DNA from: Paragordius varius
Taxonomy: Eukaryota; Animalia; Nematomorpha
Assembly (NCBI GenBank): GCA_964247055.1
Contig: OZ176052.1
Location: forward strand, 1,116,001 to 1,180,000
DNA: 64,000 nucleotides
Reading direction: 5' to 3'
Under the pieces are notes generated by a model, which was not told the DNA's origin, ran no database searches, and saw nothing but the letters and a program-made list of their open reading frames with translations. The translations under genes and the position numbers were made by a program. Position 1 is the first letter of the stretch. Each line of letters begins with the position of its first letter. This document shows, one piece after another, positions 50,655-62,831 of the stretch.

Positions 50655-53042
50655 AATTAAATTTAAAAAAGGTGCTTTTTTGACTTAACATTTCGATTCA
50701 AATTGGGGTATCTAAATACCCTAGACTAAATTTAAATTACAATTTTTAAAAAACTACTAAAGGAAACGGTCCCAATTTAAATTTATGCTTCTATCCTGAT
50801 AAATATTATATAAATATGCCAAAATATCTTGATAAAGTTTTGTTTTGAAAAAAAAGTTCCATCTCAATCTATTTCGACGCCATTTTTATTTTGCAAAATT
50901 TTTGCAAAATATTGTCTTCATTTAATTTTAAGGGTAAAACTAAAGCTTATTTTTTATATAAATTACATCTAACATTGATAGAAATAGAAAAAACGGTATA
51001 TTTTGTATTATTTTTTAATTTTAAAATTTGACACATGTGACGTTGACGAAATTTTTACCTTTCGGTTTTAGCTCAAAATAAGTAATATCAAGTATTTTTG
51101 AATAAATTTTTGTATATATTTCGGTTTATTAATGTTACTTAAGTGCAAAATTTTGCCATGGTATTGATTCCTTCCATACTTTTTAAAGTTATTGATTTTA
51201 AACAGGCCTGGGGTATCCAACTACCCCAATTTGAATCGAAGGACTAAAATGAGTGTGTTGTATCCAAGTGTTAAATGATCTAGCACGTTTTTAAACTTCA
51301 TTACCTTTTCATTTTGTGGACAATAAATTTTAGAGGAGATGTGTGCGGACTTGTTAATGAACTATTGTTTAAAAGTTATTTTGGTTAATTCGGTTTAAAA
51401 AGCAATTTTTTATATTTTTTAAAGTATTTGATTTTAAACAGGCCTGGGGTATTTAACTACCCTAATTAGATTGAAAGACTAAAATGAGTGTGTTGTATCC
51501 AAGTGTTAATCCTTCGATTCAATAGATAAATACCCAGGCCTGTTTCAAATTTTATTCTTTAAAAAATATGGAAATCGAAACCATGCAAAATTTTGCACAT
51601 ATAATGTTAATAAACCGAAATATATAATAAAAATTTCAAAAATACTTAATATTATTTATTTAACACTTCGAATCCAATTGAGGTATCTAAATACCCGAGG
51701 CTAAATTTACGTTATGATTTTAAAAAACTAAGGAAACGGTCCAAATTAAAATTTATGCTTCTATCCTAATGAAAATTATTGAATACTAGCGTAAATCTCG
51801 TGCTGCTACGCAGCCCGGGGAAGTCCTTCGGACTTCTGGAAGGGGAATGGCATTTTACGGGGGGAGCGGGTAAAAAGTGAGACTAAATTGAAAAAGCGAG
51901 ACGACTATGTTCGGCGCAATCGAAAATAAGTACACAAAAATCATATATGAAATTGAATGGTCCAACATGTTCTCCGGAAAATTGTCTCAAAGACACGATT
52001 TTTGTGGACTTCTGTTTTAAAAAAAAGTTTTTCACACGGGGTGGGCCCGAACTGGGGGCCTATTTCAAAAAAAAGGGCGAAGCTATTGTCAGGGCATTCA
52101 TTAATGATTAGATTTTTTCGATATTTGCATTTGATTGGGTCTACCGGTTTTCCTGTACCAGATCACAAAGCCAGCATTTTCCATTTTTATAAATATATAG
52201 ATGCCAAAATATTTAAAGGAAATTTTTTGAAAAAAAAGTTCCATGTCAAACTACTTGGACGCCATTTTTATTTTACAAAATTTTTGTAAATATCGTTCTC
52301 ATTTAATTTTAAGGGTAAAATTATAGCTAATTTTATATTTATATTACATTTCATATTGTTAGAAATAGAAAAAGCGGTTTATTTTTTTTTATTCAATTTT
52401 ACCATCGCACACATATCAAGTTGACTAAATTTTTACTTTCGGTTTCTTAAAATAAATAATATCAAGTATTTTTGAATTAAATTTTTTATATATTTCGGTT
52501 TATTAATGTTATCTAAGTGCAAAATTCTGCCATGGTTTCGATTGCTTTCATATTTTTTAAAAAATTTAATTTTAAACAGGCCTGGGGTATCCAACTACCC
52601 CAATTTAAATTAAAGGACTAAAATGAATGTCTTGTCTTCATGTGTTAAGCTAAAACAGAAAGATAAAAATTTACGTGACATGTGTGCATTGGTAAAATTG
52701 AAAAATAATACAAATACACCGCTTTCTATTAAAGTTAGATGTAATTTAGATAAAAAATTAGCTTTAATTTTACCCTTGAAATTAAATGTGATATTTTGCA
52801 AAAATTTTGTAAAATAAAAATGGGTTGAAGTAGTTTGACATGGAACTTTTTTTCAAAACAAAATTTTATTTAGATATTTCGGAATATTTATATAATTTTT
52901 ATAAGGATAGCATAAATTAAAATTGGGACCGTTTCCTTCAGTAGTTTTTTAAAAATCCTAACTCAAATTTAGTATGGGGTATTTTGATACTTTATTTTGA
53001 ATCATAATGTTACACTTTTAAGCCGCCTTTTTTTAAATTTTT
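50655..53042. mobile_element. Composite foldback-like element with about 400-bp inverted arms and nested internal copies
   Basis: 50655-51075 is the inverted complement of about 52655-53042; 50815-51273 is directly repeated at about 52200-52648; 51520-51665 is an inverted copy of about 51080-51240; recurring mini-palindrome GGGGTATC.AA.TACCC. Confidence 0.7.
51786..52201 (-). mobile_element. Non-autonomous Helitron
   Basis: Minus strand 5' TCTATATATTTATAAAAATG, 3' CTAG, hairpin GCTGC-N3-GCAGC 12 nt from the end, inserted at A|T with no TSD. Confidence 0.9.
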
Positions 53043-54441
53043 TATATTGCCATAAAACTGGCAAGTAATATATTATTGTTTTCAAATAAATAGGCTATAT
53101 ATATATATTGATATTTAATGCAGTTGTCAATTTTTTGATCCCATTTTTACACTAAAACTGTAAAAAATATAAACTTTTCTATGTATTGCGATATTTAGTT
53201 ATAAATATTTTAAAGGAGTATTTATTTGCAAGATTGATCGCTGGGATAAAACAACCCCAATGTGTCATCGCGGACAAAAAAATAAAATGTTCATGGTATG
53301 TTAAGCAAAATAATGTTTTTGGAGGGGAATACATTTGCATTGTATCATATAGCTTAATGATATTTTTGGAACAATGTGTTAAGCTTTCACCATAATTTTA
53401 AAAAATTACTAAAATTTTCTGATTCCCATATAAAGCAATAACAACAAAAATAGTTATAATTTTTATATATAATTGGTAAAATCCAAAACCAAAAACTCCA
53501 TAATTATGATAGAGAAAATTTCTATCTTATTAGTTTTTTTTGTACGGACTAGGCGGCTTTAAGTTTAATGACAATTTCAATATTTTCATAATCTTTTTGA
53601 ATTATAGAGTGCTTATTTTTTAATTTTTTTTTAATATTTTTATAATTAATAATTTTAAAAATACCTGTGATAATAAATTATTAAAAAGGTATTAAATTAA
53701 TAATGAAATTTTACCCACTGATAAAATTTTATGACAAAAGGCTTTTATGTCTTAGGCCCGATGTTAGATAATTTGTCAATATTCTTTGGGTAATTTTAGC
53801 TACGTTTATTAATTACCCAATAATATTCCAAATCAATAATAAACTTTTTGGCCCAAAATGATATAAGTAATTTTTAAGTATTTTTGACTTTTTAATACTT
53901 CATTTAATTTTTGAGTTTTTGGTCCTAGTTTACCTTTTGGGTAGCTTTATATCTCAGAATTTTGTCAACTACAGTTTTGAAAGTTATTTCAGTAGAATTT
54001 AATTATCAAACATTGTTCTCATGTATTACAAAAAGCTTATATTTTTACAGTTTTATGACTTTCATAGTCTGAATTTGGCATCTCCAAAACACAAATGAAA
54101 CAAACAACCTTTACACAAATTTATGATGAGGGTTTTTTTACAATTTTAGATTTTAAAAAATTTTTTGCATGATGCACGTATAAGACTATAGAAAGCTTAT
54201 TTATAATTTTGGCTTAAATCCAAAAATTTTTATATATCAAGTTTTAAATTGCTCTGAGTTTCAAAACTTCCCCAAAAGTTGATGGAGTGCTTAAGGTAGT
54301 AGTTATTCTCGCCAATGAATTATTAAAACTTTTGTTTAAAAAAGTATTTTAAAAGGTCTCAAATATTTAAGTCACAAACATTATCTTACATTTGTATATT
54401 CGTTAAAATATTTTAAATTACGCTTTATTGTGCTACCCAAT

Positions 54442-55633
54442 ATGACCAAAGCATGTGTAATCGCGATCGGGGAACTAGCACAGTGCCCTCGTATGCAATT
54501 TCATGCGCTGTCTTTAGCTGAAAACAAGTTTAAAGTCACTGTTATATCCTATAAAAGTTTTATCTTTTAAAATTTATTACAAGGTTCGGAATCGCATTTA
54601 GACCATCATCCAAATATAGATATTAAGCCAATTAAAAAAATGACATTTAAATCATTCGGTAGAGTTTATCCTTATATATTAGGCATTTTTTCCAAAATTA
54701 TTTCATGGTTAATGAGTTTTGTCTCTATCGCATATATCTTATATTCCATATCTCCTAACATAGTTTTTATTCAAGTTTTCCATTATAAATTTAATTAGTC
54801 CAATCTTTTTAAATAAATGATTTATACAGAACCCTCCCGCAATTTTAATATTTCCTATAGTATATTTGTACAAAGTTTTGTTTTGGCCAAACCTGAGAAT
54901 CGTGTTGGATTGGCACAATTATGGTTATACGCTTGTCGATATGAAATATCATTCTCAAATCCTTACCGCAATCTACAAATGGTAATGAAATGCTTTTCAA
55001 CAGAAATTTTTTGATACTTGTAAGGTTAAAATTTTTAATAGAAAAGTCGCTTTTAAAATAATTTATCAATATCTTATATTGATTTTATTTTTTGTTTTAT
55101 AGTGTTATGAAAATAAATTATAGGATATAATTCAGCAAAAGGTTTTTGAAATTTAATACTGTGAACTTCATCGATTTTCAAAATATTTATATAGTTAATG
55201 ACCCTTAATGGTGATGCAGAAATATAAATTTTCAATTGGTTATTTATTAGAATTGGGTTAAATTTTTGACCGATCAAAAAACGCACGCAGTAAACAGCCA
55301 AATATTATTAGATATTTTAGATGTTTTCAATATTAGAAAAATTTTTGTCTGTAAAATTTGATTTTATGTTTTTTTTGCCTAATATTTAAATTTATTCTCC
55401 TGCACACCTTTGATACTTTGCTCATTTAAAAAAGCCAATAACTAATAAATATTATTGCTGTTTACTGAAATAACCATTCTAATACTGCTTGCTTATGAAT
55501 CAGTTAATTAGTGCCCGAGCTAAAATGTCTATTATATTTTAATAAGAATCGTTTTTAAATAGTGCTAAATCATTATTTTTGACAAATTATCAAAATCCAT
55601 AATGTAAGTTACCCCGTTATTTTATAAATATTT

Positions 55634-55686
<53 letters not shown>

Positions 55687-56238
55687 ATTTGCACTTCAAG
55701 AGTGTCCTTGAACACTTCAAGAGTGTCCTTGAACACTTCAAGTTGGTCCTTTGACTTTTTTGTTTTGTTTTTAACTTTTATCAATTAAATCGCAAATAAT
55801 TCATCTATTTTATTGTTTTTAACCAATTTTCTATTATTTAACATAAATTTTAAATTGATATCAACTTTTAATCTTTGAGAAACCGTATTTTTTTTTAATT
55901 TTTAAAAATAATTTTGGATATTTATGAAATTTTAACACGAAGTGAAAAAATATATAAGTTTTCTGGGTTATTAATTAAAATTTTTCATTAAAAACATTTA
56001 AAAGTCAATAATTTTGTTCAATTGAAAAAAAATAGATTGAAAAAAAAGTGGTTTTTTGATAAAGAATTTTATTTTTAAATGGATAAATAGTAAATAAATA
56101 AAGAAAATTAGGTTAATAAATAATACAATAAAAAAATAAATGCATTATGGTTAAATCAAAATTTATAAATTTAAAGGACCAACTTGAACTGTTCAAGGAC
56201 CAACTTGAAGTGTTCAAGGACACTCTTGAAGTGCAAAT

Positions 56239-56273
<35 letters not shown>

Positions 56274-59200
56274 TAGCGTAAATCTAGTGCTGCTGCGCAG
56301 CCCGAGGAAGTCCTTCGGACTTCTGGGGGGGCATTTTTGATTTTAAAAGCAATTTTGTTATGCGGCACGAAGTCTTAAAATGAGGACACGATTTTTGTGG
56401 AATTGCGTTTTCAAAAAAAACCCGTTTTTCACACGGGGTGAGCCCGAACTGGGGGCCTATTTTAAAAAAAGGGCGAAGCTATTGTCGGGGCATTTATTAA
56501 TGATTATATTTTTTCGATATTTGGATTTGAATGGGTCTACCGGTTTTCCGGTACCAGATCACAAAGCCAGCATTTTCCATTTTTATAATATATAGATGAT
56601 AAACATTAGCCTTAAAATATTTGACTTGTTTATTTTTACATGCAAATATATGTTCATGAACGCATTTTTAATCTGTCTAACCCAACTCTTATGCTAAAAA
56701 ATATGAATTTTAACCAATTTATCTTAATTTAAGAAAGATTATTGGCTTCGCGTTTTAATTTAAAATATAAAAATATATTTTTAATTTTTTTCTTCCGAAT
56801 ATATATATTGCTTTGTGAGTAAAAACACTATCGGGAAATATTTATTTACTAATCATTTTTTATTGATAACTATAATTTAGGTTTAATCAATTTTTTTTTA
56901 AAGGTTGGAAATGAAACTTGTCCGTATGGCAGATATTAATCTTTATGTGTCAAAGGCTATGAAACATGATCTCCAAGAACGTTTTCAAGCTAAAAAGTTT
57001 ATTACAATATGCATTTTAATTATTGCTTATTTCTCACTATAATTGAGCAGGCAATTTTTAATATAAAACACTAATACTGTATGAAAAAAACAATAAAATG
57101 GTGAAAAAACAATTTTTTTCTTTCTATTTTCCATACCCTACTGTGTGTTGCAATTGCCCCCAACTATAGTGTGAAATGAGCAATCTTTAAAAGGCATTCC
57201 TGATTTTCGAATAATTCTTTTTTTAAAAATTTCATTTATGTTTGGGAAAGTAAAATTTTTAAACTAAATATAAAACGATAAAGGCGATTTTTTTTATGAA
57301 AATCTAAATCTTTTAAAATTTTGATTTTCATTAATATAATCCGGTAATATTAACATTGTAAAATATGTAAACGAGTGTACCAATTTATACCTCAATACAT
57401 TGTTTAACAACCAAACTAACTATATAGGCTATATATGATTAATAATTAATTTATTTTTACTGTTAAGTTTTATTTTTATAATTTTAATTAGTTTTATACT
57501 ATATTTTATAATTTATATACTTCATATATTATAGTGTACACGTGTTATACGATCATCCACCCAAATTTTTTGCTCAAACGCTAAATCCACAAGAAAAACA
57601 TGAGTTATACCTTAAATATGGGTTCATTTTTCCTTTAATTAAAAATTATACAATTCTATTTTTACCTTTGAAAAATAATAGATTATGCGACAAAACAACT
57701 TCAAAAGATTTCAATAATGGAAATCGTTGTCTAGAAACATGGTTTACCACTCGTGATGGCAAAAATAAATTGAATTGTCCAGCTTTATTGATTAGTAGTA
57801 CGAGTTTTACGGGTAAATTAATTTTTAAAATTAAATTTTTTTTATAACTTTTAATATACCATTTACAGTTCATATTCACCCTTGAACATTTTGAATTCAC
57901 CATCAAACAATTCAAAATGACCCTAAAATAATTTATTTGTTTTTTAAAATTATATGTAACCCATTTTATATTTTTAAAAAAATTTATTTAAAATTAATAA
58001 AAGAATGAAAAAATAATAAACTATGCCATAATAATATATTTTATATTAATGTTGAGTTATATTAGTCCGAAAACATTTATTTTATTTTAGGGTGTATTTA
58101 AATTGTTCGGTGAAATTGAATTTGAAAATTATATTTGTCTGTTTTTATATGAAGTTTAAGTATCCTGTTATGCTTATTTAAAAAAATGTTGATGGCAAAA
58201 ATTACTATTTAAGCATATCATTATGTATATTTTTGGTATGTTTTTTTACATTTAATTATATATACCATTTACAATCAAATTCACCCTCGAACAATTCAAA
58301 TATGCCCTTGAACAATTCAAATTTCAAATTAATAAAAATAAATTATGTGTTTTTTGGCTAATACTCATCATTAATATAAAATATATTCTTATGGCATAAT
58401 TATTATTTTTCAGTATTATATGAATTTTATACAAAATTTCATTTCATAAAAATATATAAAATTTAGGTAATTTTTAATTTTAAACAACACATAATTTATT
58501 TTAGGGTGAATTTGATTTGTTTAAGGGTGAATTTAAACTGTTAATGAATAGTATATATTATATCGTAAAACCTTTTATATGTGCACCTAAAATTATTATG
58601 GATTTTTTTATCAAAAAATATTGGAGTTTTATTTCATAGATATTTTATTTTCAATTATTTTATCAATTATAGAAGATGAAGATTTTTCAGATTTCGTTTA
58701 TGCCCTTGATGAATACGAAAAATTTATGCAATCTAATTATAGTAAGTCTATATAAAAAATTGAAATTATACGGACAAAACGTAAATATATAAAGGCAAAT
58801 ATTTTGCTTTTCAAAAGACAACTACTATACTTTTTAAATCTTAAATGTGTTTAATTATATATAATGCATTGTTTGAATTGCAAAGTATGAAATAGAGATG
58901 TATATTGGTATTACAATTATACTATATTTTACAGTGGTAAGTAAATACTTTATATAAGAAAAATTAAGGTTCTAAAAAAGTAGGGTTGTTTTTCAAAAAA
59001 AATATGTCTTTATATTTTTACGTTTTGTCTGCATAATTTTATTTTCTACTGTATTAATGTTTTTTAATTAAATTTTATGTTGTTTTAAAGTTTACAGTAA
59101 AAAATATAGTTATAGAGAAGAACATAAAGTATACAATACGAATGTATTATATAAACCACCTTCATTTTATCATTTTAAATTTAAAATATGTTTTTTACTT

Positions 59201-61883
59201 AAAAAAATATAAGTTTTTACTTGTTACGTTTTGTGTTTATAATTTTATTTTTAAATATTGCAATATTTTTTAATTCTAATCTATATTATTAGCTACAAAA
59301 ATTATATTTACTTATCAATCACTCATTTTTCACCTAAGATGATAGGATACTTTATAAGAAATAAGGTTGAAAAATAGGGTTTTCTTAATAATATACAAAT
59401 TTCTCTACATTTTTTTGAGTTGTCTTTATAATTATCATTTGATTTTCAAATTTAAATAAAACTAATTTTGTTTTTAAATTTTTATTGTACGTCATTAGAT
59501 AATTCAACAAAGGATTTGTCATATCCCGACCTAGTATGTATAATAACTGGACGTGGACCCCTTAAAACGTATTATGAAAAACTGTTATGTTCAATCAAAA
59601 CATATAATCATATTCGAATTAAATTTCTTTGGTTAGATACACCAGATTATCCCAAGGTTTTTTTTTTAATTTATATGTAATGCTACGATTTTTACGATTA
59701 TCAAAATTTGATTTTTTTTTATTAATTTGCACTTAAAGATGAGTATATTTTTTTGAGTTATATATCTTATATAACAGATTAATACCTATTATTTGTAAAT
59801 TTATCTATTCGGCGATATTTTTTATAAATAAAATAATATATAAAACAATTTTTTTTAAGTTTTAAAGGATGTACAAATAATTTAATGTAAAAAAAGGTCT
59901 TTGATATCTAAATATTTGTATTTCACACTCTATTATACCGAAATAATCAGGATTATCAAAAGACATAATATTTAAAGCCAAAAAATATGTTCATTTAGAT
60001 ATTTTTGATTTGTAATATATATTTATTTTTAATTATAAATTTGGAAGTATTACCAAAGATAATTTCCTATTTCGCTGCCCACAAAACCCATCCGGTTATA
60101 TTTATAAATCAATCATGGTTGAAAAAAATGAATGTTTTTAGCCCTTTTTGACTTTTTATCTTTAATTTTAAAACAATTGCTTTACCAAAGGAATTAACAT
60201 TCATTTAGGTAGACTATTGTTAGAAAGGTAACTAAACAAAGGTATAAAACGAAAAACTTGAAAGATATTTATTCGGTTTTTTTGTGCTTTATATATACTA
60301 TTTTTAAGTGTTTATAACAATAAAATTTCGAGTAACAAGGATATGACATTTACATAATACAAAACATATGTCACAGAAAATTATAATATACAAACAAAAT
60401 ATACCATTTACAGTTCAAATTCACCCTTAAACAATTCAAATTCACCCTTAATTCAAATTCACCCTCGAACAATTCAAATTCACCCTCAAATTAATAACAT
60501 GGTTTTTAAGATTAAAAATTACCTATATTTTAATATATTTTTAAAAAATAAAATTTTGTTTTAAATTAAAATAATACTGAAAAAAATAATTAATTATGCC
60601 ATAAAGATATATTTTATATTAATAATGAGTTATAGTTCGAAAACACATAATTTATTTTTAGGGTGAATTTGAATTGTTCGAGGGTGAAATTGAATTGTTC
60701 AAGGGTGAATTTGAATTGTTCGAGGGTGAATTTGAACTGTAAATGGTATATATATTTAAAATTTGCATATATCACAATTATAATTTAGATTTCATTTTCT
60801 CATAAAATTTAATCAATCTCATTCATAGATGTTGTGTTGTGCAACGTTAGGCGTTTGCTTACATAATTCGTCATCAGGTCTTGATTTGCCTATGAAAATA
60901 CAGGATATGCATGGAACTGGTCTTCCCGTTTTAGCTTATTATTACGAAACTCTAGCTCGAGAACTAATTCGAGAAAATGTTAATGGTCAAACTTTTACTG
61001 ATCGACACGATTTTGCTATAAAGCTAAAGGTGTATTTTCTTTTAGTTTTTTTAAAAATCTTAGAAGTTTTTGGTTTGGTTTAAGAAAAATTTAAAGCACT
61101 TTTTTAGGTTTTACCTGTTTTTTTTTTATTTTAAAGTCGCGATTTCGTAAGGTTTATTTCTTTTCTTTAGCATATAAAGTTGCTTATTTTTTATAAACTT
61201 TTTAAAGACGTATCCTTTGGCGTTTTCATACATTTTTTTTGGTATTTTAATTGGAGAAATATACATATTTTTACAATTACAGTAAAAAATTATATCTTAA
61301 AAAGCCATTCTTTTTTCAGAGGTGGTTTATATATATATATATATATATAACTAAAATCATTATAATTTTAAAATGTATAATTAAGAGTATTCATTACATA
61401 TCTATATTCTATATTTCGTACAAAATGTTAGGTTTTATCAAATTTAAGGTTTAAAAAGCATAATTATTTTACAGTATGCAGCATTTTAATCATTGCTTAT
61501 TTCACACTATAGTAGGGGGCTATTTTCAACATATGTCAGTGTATGGAAAAAGAATGGAAATAATTGTTTAATCAACATTTTGTTGTTTTTTCCATACACT
61601 ACTGTGTGGTTTGCAAATTACCCTACTACATAGTGTGAAATAAGCAACCAATAAAATGCATATTGTAATGAAAAGATTAGTCTTTAAATTTTTACGTTTT
61701 ATTATCTTTATATTATTTTAATTTTACTGTAATAATAACTTAATATTAATACTTTTTTTATAGAATTTGATGTCCAATTACCCGAATAATGTAGAGTTGC
61801 AAGAAATGCGAACGTATATTAAAGCGAATCAAACATATTGGTCAGATAATTGGAATACTATTGTGGCTCCACTTATTTTATGA
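54442..61883 (+). CDS. ALG1: Chitobiosyldiphosphodolichol beta-mannosyltransferase, 10 exons, about 438 aa
   Basis: Motifs PRMQFHALSLA, FIQ|NPPAI, LDWHNYGY, LLISSTSFT|EDEDFS, LVCIITGRGPLK, LGVCLHNSSSGLDLPMK, W..NW..IVAPL*. Exons 54442-54556, 54584-54774, 54830-54981, 56904-56996, 57535-57621, 57682-57812, 58673-58741, 59499-59656, 60829-61029, 61764-61883; phases consistent. Confidence 0.95.
55683..56242. mobile_element. Sister MITE family A' (CCATTTGCACTTCAAGAGTGTCC TIR, 21-bp units)
   Basis: About 65-bp inverted arms made of TTCAAGAGTGTCCTTGAACAC / TTCAAGTTGGTCCTT units; different core; embedded in (TA)n on both sides. Confidence 0.88.
56273..56596 (-). mobile_element. Non-autonomous Helitron, second (internally deleted) copy
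   Basis: Same TC...CTAG ends, hairpins and body as 51786-52201; A|T target. Confidence 0.9.
57005..57200. mobile_element. MITE family B copy
   Basis: TA|CAATATGCATTTT start, same arms. Confidence 0.8.
57857..58125. mobile_element. MITE family A copy 16
   Basis: Left terminus plus core; right end eroded. Confidence 0.8.
58263..58550. mobile_element. MITE family A copy 17
   Basis: Left terminus, core, degraded right terminus. Confidence 0.8.
58753..59051. mobile_element. MITE family D copy
   Basis: TGAAATTATACGGACAAAACG ... CGTTTTGTCTGCATAATTTT..CTACTG|TA. Confidence 0.75.
60402..60748. mobile_element. MITE family A copy 18 (near-consensus)
   Basis: Perfect terminal inverted repeat TACCATTTACAGTTCAAATTCACCCT / AGGGTGAATTTGAACTGTAAATGGTA, about 4 units per arm, TATA both sides. 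Confidence 0.92.
61472..61665. mobile_element. MITE family B copy (full length, TA TSD; Tc1/mariner-like)
   Basis: TA|CAGTATGCA...TGCATATTG|TA. Confidence 0.88.
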
Positions 61884-62138
61884 TTAAAAAAATCAATTTT
61901 TTTTCTACGGATGGCAATCAATTACAAATTTATTCGACATGAATGTGATTTTTTTATACGGCGATATTAAAAATAAATATACTCTAAGCAAAAATTTTAA
62001 CAGAACAAAAACTTATACACCAATCATAACAATGCATTTAACAATCATTCTTATAAAAAATATGGGGGAGCTATCGTTTTGAAAAGCTCTAATATTTGGA
62101 AATGTAATCTCGTTATGAAAATCTATTTTTTTGTTATA

Positions 62139-62463
62139 TACCATTTATATTACAATTCGAATTCACTCTTAAACAATATAATTCCTAAAAATAAATTATT
62201 TGTTTTCGGGCTAATATTACTCATCATTTATATGAAATATATATATATATATATATATGGCTTATTTTATTATTTTTCAGTATTATTTTAATTGCAAAGA
62301 ATAAAATTTTATTTTTTTTAGAAATATGGAAAGATATAGGTAAAATTTAATCCTAAAAACACAAACTTTATTTTAGGGTAATTTTGAATTGTTCAAGGGT
62401 TAATTTTAATTGTTTAAGGGTGAATTTGAATTGTTTAAGGGTGAATTTGAAGTGTAAATGGTA
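62139..62463. mobile_element. MITE family A copy 19
   Basis: Both termini; expanded right arm. Confidence 0.85.
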
Positions 62464-62831
62464 TATAATAAATTGGTAATAATAGTTAGCTTATCTGTAC
62501 ATGGTCTTATAGAATATTAGAATTTTAGCTTTTTTTAATGGCCATATTCCCGGACAATGTTTCAAAATAAGGCTATCGTATTTCGGACACACCGTTAGAG
62601 CATGAAACTTCTAATAATATTTAATGAATGTAAATTAAAAAAGTAAATCTTACGCAAAGCCTAAACATTTAACTCTCCTAAATTTTATATTCTCCTTAGT
62701 TAATTGGCACATATTTTACCTATGAAAAAGGTATAGATTATTAACATTGATTAGCTATATAATCCATTTATTAATTTTACATATCAAAAGGCAGTTAATT
62801 TATTTGGATGCATACTTATTTTTCCAAAATA

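Larger units (their letters stand above)
50015..54441. promoter_or_regulatory. Divergent (head-to-head) intergenic region expected to contain the HECTD1 and ALG1 promoters and 5' UTRs
   Basis: Lies between the two start codons on opposite strands. No specific promoter element could be identified. Confidence 0.45.

Noticed and set aside
51957-56595. Similar ORFs 51957-52289 and 56380-56595 as a small gene family
   Set aside because: Both are the same Helitron body read on the opposite strand. No Rep or helicase motifs, and the lengths differ by an internal deletion.
2880-61883. Alternative genetic code or stop-codon readthrough
   Set aside because: All 56 HECTD1 and 10 ALG1 exons join without internal stops under the standard code. 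The one in-frame TAA (54568) lies in a GT-AG intron at a plausible conserved position.
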